A stretch of 64,000 nt of DNA from Chrysemys picta bellii. Lineage: Eukaryota. The translations under genes were made by a program, and so were the position numbers. The DNA lies in the NCBI RefSeq assembly GCF_011386835.1, contig NC_088792.1, positions 53,630,001-53,694,000 of the forward strand. Direction: 5' to 3'. The notes below the pieces were generated by a model. It was not told the origin of the DNA. It saw only the letters and a program-made list of their open reading frames with translations, and made no database searches. Every line of letters begins with the position of its first letter. Positions within the stretch are counted from its first letter, which is position 1. This document shows, one piece after another, positions 49,285 to 60,470 of the stretch.

Positions 49285-52200
49285 CAGAATCATAGAAATG
49301 TGGGGCTGGAAGGGACCATCCCTTAAAGTTGTTTGTCCAAACTGTTCTTGAAAGCCTCCCAATTATGGGGATTCCACAAACTCCCTTGGAAGCCTATTCC
49401 AGAACTTAACTACGCTTACAGTTAGAAAGTTTTCCATAATATCTAATCTAAATCTCTCTTGCTGCAGTTTAAGCATATTTGAAGACTGTTAACAGGTTCC
49501 CCTTTAGTCTTCTTTTCTCAAGACCAAACGTGCCCAGGTTTTTAACTCTTCCTCATAGGTCAGATTTTCTAAACCTTTTGTCATTTTTGTTGCTCTCCTC
49601 TGGACTCTTTCCAGTTTGTCCACATTTTTCCTAATGTGTGGCATCCGGAATTTGGACATTACTCCAGCCAAGGCCTCACGAGTGCTGAGAAGTACGGGAC
49701 AGTACCTCCCGTGTCTTATGTACAACACTGCTGTTAAAACCCTGCTGAATGATATTAGCCTTTTTCACAACTGCATCATATTATTTACTCATATGCAATT
49801 TGTGATCCACGATAACCCCCAGATCCTTTTCAGCAGCACTACCATCTAGACAATTAGTCCACATTTTGTACTTGTGCATTTGATTTTTCCTTCCCAAGCA
49901 TAGTACTTTGCACTTATCGTTATTGAATTTCATCGTATTGATTTCAGACCAATTCTCCAATTTGTCAGAGTTGTTTTGAATTCAAATCCTGCCCTGCACA
50001 GTGCTTGCAACCCCTCCCAGCTTGGTGTCATCTGCACATTCTATAAGTGTTTTCTCCACTCCATTATCCAAGTCATTAATAAAAATATTGAGTAGTATCG
50101 AACCCAGGACTGACCCTGAGGGTTGCCAGTAGATACGCCCTCCCGATTTGACAAAGAACTATTGATAACTACACTTTGATTACACGGCTGCTACTCTGAA
50201 ACTTTGAGTATGTTGTTTCAACCCATGTTACTATAATTTTATCTAGGCCTAATTTCTCTAGTTTGCTTATGAGAATGTCATGTGAGACTGTGTCAAAAGC
50301 CTTACTAAAATCAAGATATATCCCATTTACTCTTCTCCCCATCCACTAGGTCAGTATCCCTGCCAAAGAAGGAAAGTAGGTTGGTTTGTCGTGATTTGTT
50401 CTTGACAAATCCATGCTGGCTATTCCTTATAACCCTACTATTTGCTAGGTCCTTACAAATGAATTATGTAAAAGTTTGTTCCAGTATCTCTAGTATCTTT
50501 CCAGATATTGAAGTTATCTGATTGTTCTATAATTCCCTGGCACTTCTTATTCCCATTTTTAAAGTTAGGTACTACGTTTGCTTTTCTCAAGTCCTCAACG
50601 GTGCTCCATGAGTTCTCAAAGATAATTGCCAATGGTTCTGAAATTGCTTCAGCTAGTTCTTTAAGTACCCAAGGGTGAATTTTGTCAGGACCTGCCAACT
50701 TGGATACATCTAACTTATCTAAATATTCTTCAGCTTGTTCTTTCTCTATTTTGCATTGCATTCCTTTCTCCTTGTTGTTAATATATCTCTACCCCGATAT
50801 AACGCGACCCAATATAACATGAATTTGGATATAACGCAATAAAGCAGCGCTCCGGGGGGGCGGGCCTGTGCACTCCGGTGGATCAAAGCAAGTTCGATAT
50901 AACACAGTTTCGCCTATAACGCGGTAAGATTTTTTGGCTCCCAACGACAGCATTATATCGGGGTAGAGGGGTATTAATTGTATTAAGTATCTGGTTACCA
51001 TTAACCTTAACTGAAGCAAAACAGGCTTTAAAACATGTCGGCCTTCTTGATGTCATCCATTATTAACTCTCCTTCCCTGCTAAGTAAAAGATCTATATTT
51101 TCCTTTGTCTTTTTCTTGCTCATAATGTATTTATAGAACCTCTTCTTATTGCCTTTTCTGTCCCTTGCTAAGTGTAGCTCATTTTGTGCATTAGCCTTTC
51201 TGATTTTGCCTCTACATGCTTGTGCTATACTTTTGTACTTCTCCTTAGCAATTTGTCCATGTTTCCACTTTTTTTTAGGATTTTTTTTTTTATTTTCAAG
51301 TCATTAAAGAGCTCCTGATGGAGCCATATTGGCCTCTTCCTATCTTTCCTTCACATTAGCATAGTTTGCAGTTGTGCCTTTAATTCTGTTCCCTTGAAAA
51401 ACGGTCAGCTCTCCTGAACAGCTTTTCCCTTAGATTTTCTTCCCATGCGACCATACCCACCAATTTTCTGATTTTGTTAGTCTGCATCTTTGAATTCCAT
51501 TGTCATTATTTTGCTACTGTAACTTCTTCCTTTCCTTAGAATCTATCTAGAATATATAACTCTCTAGAATCTATCATTTCATGATCAGTTTCACCCAAAC
51601 TGCTTTCCACCTTCAGATTTGCTACCAGTTAGTCCCCATTGATCACAAGCAAGTCTTAATTGGCTGGCCCCCGGGTTACTTCTCCCCTTTCTCAAAGAAA
51701 AAAGTTGTCCTTAATACATACTAAGAACTTACTGGAATGTGGTGTTTTGCCATGTTACTTTTCAACAGATGTCTGTGTAGTTAAATTCCCCTACTACTAT
51801 CTGGTCTTTTGTTTTGAATATTTTAGTTGTTTATTGTAGAAATGCCTCATCCACCTCTTCTTCCTAAATTGATGGTTTATAGTGCACACCTACTTTAATA
51901 TCACCCCTATTTTTTTACCCCTTCTATCTTTACCCAGAAACTTTCAACTGGTCTTCCTCTCGCCTCCTTCTGGACCTCAGCACAAGTATATATTCTTGAT
52001 ATATAGTGCCACATCTCCTCTGTTTTTCCCCTTCCTGAATAAACCAATATTCTAGTCATGAGACATATCCTATCAAATCTCCACCAATTAAGTCATCATC
52101 TAGCTTATGCACTAATACTTCCAGTTCTTCCTGTTTATTCCACATACTCCTTGCATTTGTGTATAGACATGTAAGATGATTTTCACATTCCCCCACTTAT

Positions 52201-52448
52201 TTCCCTCTTGTTGCTCCTATAACCTTATCGTAATTTTCCATGTCCCCCTGCCCAACAGTTAAACCTCTGTTTATGATTAGCTGTTGGCTTTTGTCGCCTG
52301 CCCGCTTTGAACCTAGTTTAAAGCCCCCCTCACTATGTTGCCAAATCAGTGCGTGAATATGCTCTTCCCCTTCTTGGTCAGGTGGGCCCCATCTCCTCCC
52401 AGCAGACCTTCTTTCTGGAACAGCATCCCATAGTCAAGGAAGCTGAAG
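49285..52448 (-). mobile_element. CR1 LINE, most of ORF2 plus end of ORF1, heavily decayed
   Basis: Tail cagaatcatagaa at the left. [30 protein letters not shown] and CLYTNARS-like DNA (ccttgcatttgtgtatagaca) near 52150. Confidence 0.88.
50784..50971. mobile_element. Tigger/Tc1-like MITE inserted in CR1
   Basis: Inverted ends ctctaccccgatataa / ttatatcggggtagag, TA flanks, and multiple internal (g)atataac motifs. Confidence 0.8.
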
Positions 52449-53520
52449 GACTCAGAAAAACGGACTCCCTCAGGGATATGTTCTTGCTCTAACTTTTGTC
52501 AATATATTTATGAATGACTTGCCTCCAACAATTTCAAGGCCATTCAATATGCAGATTACATATACTTTGCTTCATGTGAGAGAGAGATTTCAAAAAGTTT
52601 GAGGACATCCTAAATCAGAATATGGCAGCAATCAGTAGCTAATGCAAGAAGTGGAGACGTAAGCCCAGTGGGTCAAATACAATGTTGCCATGCTTCCATC
52701 TCAACCATGCCACGACATCGAGAACTCAATATGTTTTGAATGGAGAATGACAGACACATGACCCAAAGCCATTATATGTAGGAGTAATTCACCTACAAGG
52801 ACCATCTCACCAAGGTCGATCAGAAGATTACATGCAGAAATGGCCTCTTAAATAAGCATGGGGTCTCGACTGAGGAATGATGCAAACACTGTGTAACTCA
52901 GTGCTAGATCACTGCTTAGTTGGAGAGTGCTGTGCTCCTGTGTGGTTAAATTCCCCACAGTTATTTGATGTACAGTTGAATCAAACAATGAGAATAACAG
53001 GACCTATGGCACCAAAAAAAGTTTCGCTGCCTACCAGTCCTCTCTAATATCCTGCCTCCTAATATCAAGGGTTATATTGCAGCAAAGAAACGCCTTGACA
53101 AAATCCAGGAAATGCCACAACTTCCACTTTTCAAATATATATAGGAAATGCCTTGCCACTGACTCATCAGTGGAAGACCTATCTAGACTACGATACCAAC
53201 CATAGCTATGGCAGATGCTGCCAAACAGAATGGGAACAAGCTGCTCAGTCTGTAAAAGTCTCCTTCCTCATCATTCAGCCTCATAAGAGACTGCCTGGCT
53301 TCAAACTGTCATGCTACTCTGATGCAGGCTTAACTGTTTCATATGCTGGTTGGTGAGGTGTGTGGCAAATGACCACACCCAGGGACTCAGGAACAACCCT
53401 TTGTAGCTGCAGTTGAGGATCCTGCACATCTATTAAATGACTGCTCATCTCATGCTGGTCTATCCAGACTTCATACTGCTGATCCTGAGACTGTTGAGTG
53501 GATAAAACATGTGATACCTA
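52449..53520 (+). mobile_element. Non-CR1 LINE 3' fragment, Vingi/Ingi-like (clade tentative)
   Basis: Frameshifted remnants NGLPQG.VLA, NIFMNDLPPTISR, YAD, KKWRRKPS, FHLNHA, CAPVW, DVQLNQTMRI, a C-terminal CSC..HLLNDC knuckle and LHTADPETVEWIKH. Confidence 0.68.
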
Positions 53521-54344
53521 CCCAAGTCCTTTTGACATTTTTCCTTTTTGTACTTTAATATCTGTTTTATCTTCCTACTTTTATATTTTCAGCATCTTTC
53601 TGTGTTTATTGTATCACTTGTGCATTTGCTAATAATACTGTATTGTTAAAGCATCTGATGGACAGATTCAGTTAGAACTTTGCACAGTTTTATGTTCTAC
53701 ATCAACATTCAATGAGCCACAAAACAGATTTGCATGGGGTTTGGATGACATGGATTATACAGTAGGTGAAATGTTTATTGAATCTAGTGCTAGATTTGGG
53801 AGCATTCATTAAAAACAAAAGGAAAAATGAAATGGACCAGATTCTCTTTTCAGTTACACCTATCTAACCCTATTGGGCCAAATTCAAACTTAATACAAGT
53901 GAACCACAGCTCCCATGGAATTTTTGGATCAACCTCAGTAGTGACATAAAGCGTGGGACAAATTCTGCCATTAATGGTATTATTGATTTGTCAAAACACA
54001 TATGGTTATTAGTGTACTCGTGTCTGTTTTCTCTAATGCTTAAATAGGTGTAATTAAGCTTTAAATAGTACAAGCAATTAGGATGCAAGTGACAAGTTCT
54101 CTGCTTCACTGGTAGGTAGAAGTACTAGTCAGATTGTGTTTGAAGACTTAAGGAATACTTAATAATTACCTCTTAAGTGCCTTGTTTTTCAGTTCTTGTT
54201 CTGCCTTGCTCCCAGCTGATTGCAGAATCATGCCTCTACTCATTCGAGTCGGAAGAAAATTATTTTTTCCTTTCCACATGAAAGGAAAGTGAGGGCAGGA
54301 GAGAAGATAATACTAATACTAATATAGAACTGTATATTTTCAAA

Positions 54345-54510
54345 TATGTACAAACATTTACTAATTCTTACAATACCCTTACGTAAGGTATATAATACCC
54401 CCATTTTATAGATGGAAAAAACTGAGACAGAAGTTAAATGACTTGCCCAGGTTAGAAGGTTTTTAGGACTTAAGAGTTTCTGGCTTCCATGCCTGTGTTC
54501 AGACCACAGT
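54345..54510 (-). mobile_element. MIR/CORE-SINE-like fragment
   Basis: ccccattttatagatggaaaaaactgagacagaagttaaatgacttgcccagg. Confidence 0.6.
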
Positions 54511-55899
54511 ACCTCTAAAAAGTCTCTCTTTTGTGGAGTACCACTTCAATACACTTCTGAGGGGTCTATTTGTCTCTGTTGCCCTCAGGACTCCGAACCG
54601 TCAAATGAAGTGGTCTCAGAGGCCCCAGGTAATGTGGTACCCTCTACCTCAAGAAGCAGCTCTGAAGAGCTGGTAGCGGTGGCACAGAAACATCCAGAAG
54701 AGGTAGGACATTCTGTGTCTATTTTATTCCTAAATTTATGTTGGGTATATAGGTTTACTGCAATTTTTCATGCCTGGTCTTAACTTTACTTATAGCAAAG
54801 CCTTTGTTAAAGCTAGAGGTCAGGCTGGCCCTTCCTCACTGTGTCCCTGGCACCTAAGACCTAAGGCCTGCTGCAATGCCTAGGGCCTCAACCAATGCTG
54901 TCCATTAGCTAAGCCCATTCTATCTACTGTTAACTGAGACTCTCATAATGAATGACTGAGCTTTCCAGAAATACTTGAAAATATTTTGTTCGTTCCTTAT
55001 TTTTCATACATTCATGGCAGCAAGAATTCCTTCAAACCCTGGGGAAGTCAGAAGAAATGGACTCTGGTTATTAGAGGATTTTTGTTTATGTAAAGCTATT
55101 GCCAAACTTCTCAGAAGTAAACTTGGCTAGGTTACGTTGGCCATGATCTGAAGGGAACTTCCCCCTCACTTGTAAGGAAAGGAATCTTGACAATAAATTG
55201 ACTATCTGTTTTAGCCCTCATTAAGAACACCTTGCTGGCACCACATACTGTGTGCATGGTCTATTCATATGGCCAGGCTCCCCACTGCTATGATAAAGCC
55301 TTGGTCCTCCGTCCCTGAAGTCAGCTCAGCAGTAGCTCCCACTTGGATAGCAAATCCTCCCTACCTATTGAATGCCATTATTTGATTTTCCCTAGGAAAG
55401 AATGTACAGTAGATAGAGTTCTTAAAAGGTTCTTTGATTATGTGGCTGACAACTTGGCATTTCTGTTCTCTCTTTCTATGTGCTTTTTATGGCATGACAA
55501 ATTATAGAAATGTTGCTAAAATGTTACAAAAGACAGCAGTTGAGTGAACCCTCAGCACCTCTAAAAGGACAGCATCAAAGTCCACACTGCAGGTGCCAAC
55601 TTGTGACTGAACTCCATAATGTGGCCCAAGACTCATTCTGTCTCTGAACCTACATCATAGGTACCCTTCCATAACAGGGGAGGTAGGCTTTCTGTAAAAT
55701 TCAAAATCCTGACCCTCTCCTATACTGGGAAACATCTTTTTAGGGGATGACTGTTTCCAATTTCAAAATGTCTTATTGAAATAGGGGTACCGCCTCAGCC
55801 CATGAGGAGAAGCCTTAATTTTCTACTTCCCCAGAGCCCCTAAGAGTTTTAGATATTCCTTTCCTTACTATAGACCCGTCAGGAAACATTATCAAATGA

Positions 55900-56104
55900 T
55901 GTCAAGTATCAGAGGGGTAGCCGTGTTAGTCTGGATCTGTAAAAGCAGCAAAGAGTCCTGTGGTACCTTATAGACTAACAGACGTATTGGAGCATGAGCT
56001 TTTGTGGGTGCATGATGCAGCCAATGAAGTGGGTATTCACCCACGAAAGCTCATGCTCCAATACGTCTGTTAGTCCATAAGGTGCCACAGGACTCTTTGC
56101 TGCT
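55900..56104 (-). mobile_element. Fold-back Penelope-like mini-insertion with 12-bp TSD
   Basis: TSD attatcaaatga (55888-55899, 56105-56116). 67-bp arms 55944-56010 / 56038-56104 with 3 mismatches. PLE terminus at the left. Confidence 0.87.
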
Positions 56105-56719
56105 ATTATCAAATGAAGTGGTCATTATATTGAAACCAGTCCTACTCCTTTCTGTGTTCTTCTGGCTACAGTCCTCCTCATAAAGAAAGACAGAGAATTT
56201 TTGCTGTTCAATATCAATGGAAATATGGTTCCTCTAATGTTGGGCCCTTTCTTTAGTCTCCTGGTGCTACTTTTAGAACTATTTTAATATCTTCTGGAAC
56301 ATCCTGCTCTCCCTGATAGTCTTGTCACTATGTCCCGCAAAAAAGAACAGAGTCCTTTACCACAGGACATTCAGTGATTATTACCATTCTGTCTTAAGTG
56401 AGATCACCAGTTTACCCCATTTATTTTGTGGCAATGCCATTATTTTTAGATCTTGAAATGATGGTCAGTTTATCCCACCTAAGTGGTCCTACCCCCAGAT
56501 CTCAGGACAGTATAATACAGATTATTACTAATAATTCTATATAATGCTCTGAATAGCAGAGAATAGCTTGGTATTAATATTCATAAATTCTGGCTCCTAA
56601 TTTCTGGCTTTGCCAATTTACTCCAGTGATTGGCACTGATTCTGGCACAGTTTCTGGATGTTTCTCTGGCACTTACCTCCAATGGAGAGGTCAAGATTAA
56701 GAGTACATGTCATGAGATT

Positions 56720-57100
56720 AGCGGTGGATGGGAGGGGAAAGATGGGTTTCAGAGAAAGGAGTGAATGATGACTGAGAGAGGAAGAGGAAAAAAGAAAAAG
56801 AAGGGGAATATGAATTTTGTCCTTGAAAAAGTCTGAAATTCTGGGGAGAGGGACCCTAGCGAGTTCAAAGAGAGGGATGGAAGACAGAGAAATGATGTTA
56901 AGGCTTTAGGACTAATTGAGGATGATATTGTTTAGCCAGCTGAACAAGGGAAGGACAAACATATAGGCAGCCTGTGAGGGAATGAGACTGTCTTCAAAGA
57001 TGCTCACTATAGCATAAGCAAGACTAGAGAGAGGTGAGACAGGGAGAGAGTTAGGGTTGAGTTTACAGGGGACTTTGAGTGGTAGAGGAGAGGAACAATG
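56720..57100 (-). mobile_element. Possible L2 LINE 3' fragment
   Basis: Purine-rich stretch resembling the reverse strand of amniote L2 tails. Very decayed. Confidence 0.3.
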
Positions 57101-57610
57101 GTATCTTGCCTAATTCCAAGCCCACACCAGGATATAATTGATGTAAGTTGTACATTGGTAACTCATCGTGAATGCAAATTAATGTGACTTACACATGGAA
57201 GGCCTTGTTTCTAACTGGAAACATATCTGAGAAGCACTGCTTTATCTTACACCTTCATTAACAATCCTTTCAGTTGACTTTTCTCACTACAACACTGTCA
57301 ATGTGTAAATTACACCAGCTAATACTGAGAGTGACATATACCATTTTATCAAGGATAATATATACCATAATTTGTGTCCCATCTGAACGTGGCCCGTGAA
57401 GTGCTGATAGGAAGACAGTTAGGTAAAAAAACATGTAATCACCCAAAGAGATGGAAATAGGAGAGGGAAATAGAGAAGTCAGAATGTTTAATAGACTGAA
57501 GGTTTCAAAAGTATGGCATTAACAGGAGCTGGGGGAGAGCAAGTGAGAAATAATGAAGATGGTGATCAAAAAGAGGGGTGTCAGAATTGAGGGAGGCAGG
57601 AGGAAAATAG

Positions 57611-58029
57611 GTTTCAGAGTAGCAGCCGTATTAGTCTGTATCCGCAAAAAGAAGAGGAGTACTTGTGGCACCTTAGAGACTAACAAATTTATTAGAGCAT
57701 AAGCTTTTGTGGACTACAGTCCACTTCTTCAGATGCATATAGAGTGGAACTGTATATAGAACTGCATATAGAAGTGGGCTGTAGTCCACAAAAGCTTATG
57801 CTCTAATAAATTTGTTAGTCTCTAACGTGCCACAAGTACTCCTGTTCTTTTTGCGGATACAGACTAATATGGCCGCTACTCTGAAACCTGTCATTATGCA
57901 AGGCACTGCATTTAGCTGTATGGGGTGGAAATCCATCAACTTGTTCCACTCTATATGCATCTGAAGAAGTGGGCTGTAGTCCACGAAAGCTTATGCTCTA
58001 ATAAATTTGTTAGTCTCTAAGGTGCCACA
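57611..58029. mobile_element. Fold-back plus tandem Penelope-like mini-insertion with 13-bp TSD
   Basis: TSD aggaggaaaatag (57598-57610, 58030-58042). 118-bp inverted arms 57611-57728 / 57770-57887 with 5 mismatches. Direct repeat at 57770 and 57965 (195-nt period). Confidence 0.88.
57957..57996 (+). ncRNA. Minimal hammerhead ribozyme motif, intact core
   Basis: GCAT CTGAAGA a GTGGgctgtagtCCAC GAA AGCT T ATGC. Confidence 0.65.
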
Positions 58030-60382
58030 AGGAGGAAAATAGTTCATGGTGAATACAAATGGTGAAACATCCCAGCCTAAAAGTTACAGATTAGTTTCTA
58101 TAAACTAGAATTTTCATCTGCCAATGATGTGTCTTTGTCTCAGATACACCAATCTGAATCCAATATTCTTGGGAATTATCTGTAATTTATTGCCAATTCT
58201 AATATTTGTTCGTAGTGTGTGTGTCTTCAGTTGCACTATCAGAATAGTTTTTGTGAGGGTGTTATTTTGTTGGTTTTGTTTTTGTTAACAGAACTCACAG
58301 CAAAATTCCTAGCTTCCCTTTCTCTCTGACTGCTAAAAGAGCTTCACCCTGGGTGAATAGAAGGACAAGGTGGGATCTGCTTCTGTCCTACCCTCCTTCC
58401 CTCATGATCGTTATTATACTCATGTCTTTGTGATAGTGACCATGTCCACATATATATTTCCAGTGCATAGATAATAAAGAGCTCTGAACCTTATTTAGGG
58501 CTTGGGACACTACTACAACACAAATAATCATAAACAGTTAAAAATGTCTTTGCAGTTTGGTGCTTTTGCCTGTTATTTGTATGACATGAGGGACTAAGGC
58601 AGTTACTGTAGATTAGAGTACATGGGATGCAGAAACATTGTAGTTAAAAAAAAATTGCTTTACAGTATCATGCATTAAGTTAGAAGGATATATTGTTTCT
58701 GTAGTTTCAACACTTATGCACTTCTGAATAAAATAATCTAAAATTTGTAGTTGGTTTATAATACTGTTGTACTCACAATATCTATATCACTCACAAAATC
58801 CATACTAAACACAAGGAAGTTTTCTGCTTTATTATAGCGAAGAGTTGCTGGAGTTAAGGTTATATAACAGTTTCCATTATAACACCAGGCTTTCTTTTCA
58901 CTCACCTGTAACTTGCTGAATATGCTCATGCTTATTCTCTGTATGACAGCTTTCTTTTTTCTTTTAAGGTTGGAGCAATTATAGTTCAGCTGCTTTTATG
59001 TGAGGAAAGTGGGGAAATGGCACTTTTCTGATTTTATATATAGTGATTGGCCTACAGTCCACATGGCTGATGAGGTTTAAAGGATGAAATATGGGATGGA
59101 AATGGTCCTTTTTGAGGAGTAGTGCCTTTCATTGTTTTGAGGAAAACCAATTTGGATTCAACAGATCCTGCAAGCTGATCTGCATGGGTAGTAGACCTTT
59201 GCACCCATGTGGAGCCGAGTTGACTTCAGCAGGATTTTATGCGGGCAGATCCAGCTGCCGAATTAGGTCATATTTTTATAATTCATGTAGTAAGCATGCA
59301 CAGTAGAATTTTTTACTAAACCCACAAAATGCACACCTTAGGATGGCTACATTATGCATGCAAGTATGCCTAACCTAGCTGCCCACTAAATTCAATAGTC
59401 CACTGAATTATACCAAACTGACTGGAGCAGGGCTATTTTCCAAATGTTTAACAGAAATACAGGCCAAAATATACTTTTCTCATAAAAAAGAATTCTTGCA
59501 TCCTGATTTTGAATAGTCCTTGAGCTGATACACCTGACATTTTAAAGTTTGGTTGACATGGAAATAACCCTTCCCTAGTCTTAGCCCAGAAGAAATTGGT
59601 TTTGATTTCACTGTCTTGAGTTTGAAAATCAGGTTTTGCTCAGTAGATTTTTGGCAAAACTCATTAGGAGTGATGGCAGTAGTTGCATGGGTTAGCTAAA
59701 TTTACTTCAAAGTAAATTGGCTACTCACTTACGGCTGAGGTATTTAGGTAATGTTTGATTATGTTCTGTTGTTTGAGAAAAAGTATGTGATAGTGTAATT
59801 AAAGACAATACTTCAATGTGTAAACAAGAGGGGAAGAATTTATGTGTGCAACCCTAACTTCAGCATTGCTTAATCATCATTCTCCTAGAGAATTGGGAAT
59901 AATATTTGCTTTCCATAAAATTGTATTCTGGTGTGTGTTATCTTTCATGGAGTTCTTGCAATGATGGTGCTTAATACAGGAATTTTATCAACCTAATCAC
60001 TTCAAACTTCACTTGGTACACTCTGTTTTTAATAAGCTGCTGAATAAGAAGAAAAGTCTGTCTTTGTCTGTTGGTTCCTTTAAACCCAGGGCCCAGAAAA
60101 ATCACATTAAAATATCTCATTCTTGAATTGAAAGTAAAATAGAAACAAATGAGGTATGTTTAATAGCTTCTTTTGACAATCCTGAAGCAAATCAGTTTAT
60201 CACATTGTACTAGTGTGGGCCCAGAGGCTTACAGAGCTCTTCTTCCTGCATGTATGTGTTAGGAAAGCAATACCGATTCAGATAAAATGCCATGCTAGGC
60301 TTTTCCTTTTATTCAACTACCAGAATATTATGAAGCAACAGAGGGTCCTGTGGCACCTTTAAGACTAACAGAAGTATTGGGA

Positions 60383-60423
60383 GCATAAGCTTTCGTGGGT
60401 AAGAACCTCACTTCTTCAGATGC
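60383..60423 (-). ncRNA. Minimal hammerhead motif, mirror copy
   Basis: Exact reverse complement of 60430-60470. Confidence 0.6.
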
Positions 60424-60429
60424 ATTCTT

Positions 60430-60470
60430 GCATCTGAAGAAGTGAGGTTCTTACCCACGAAAGCTTATGC
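60430..60470 (+). ncRNA. Minimal hammerhead ribozyme motif, intact core
   Basis: GCAT CTGAAGA a GTGaggttcttaccCAC GAA AGCT T ATGC. Confidence 0.65.

Noticed and set aside
57611-58029. Repeat-spacer look (CRISPR-like)
   Set aside because: Eukaryotic context, only two direct copies, and explained by PLE terminal repeats.
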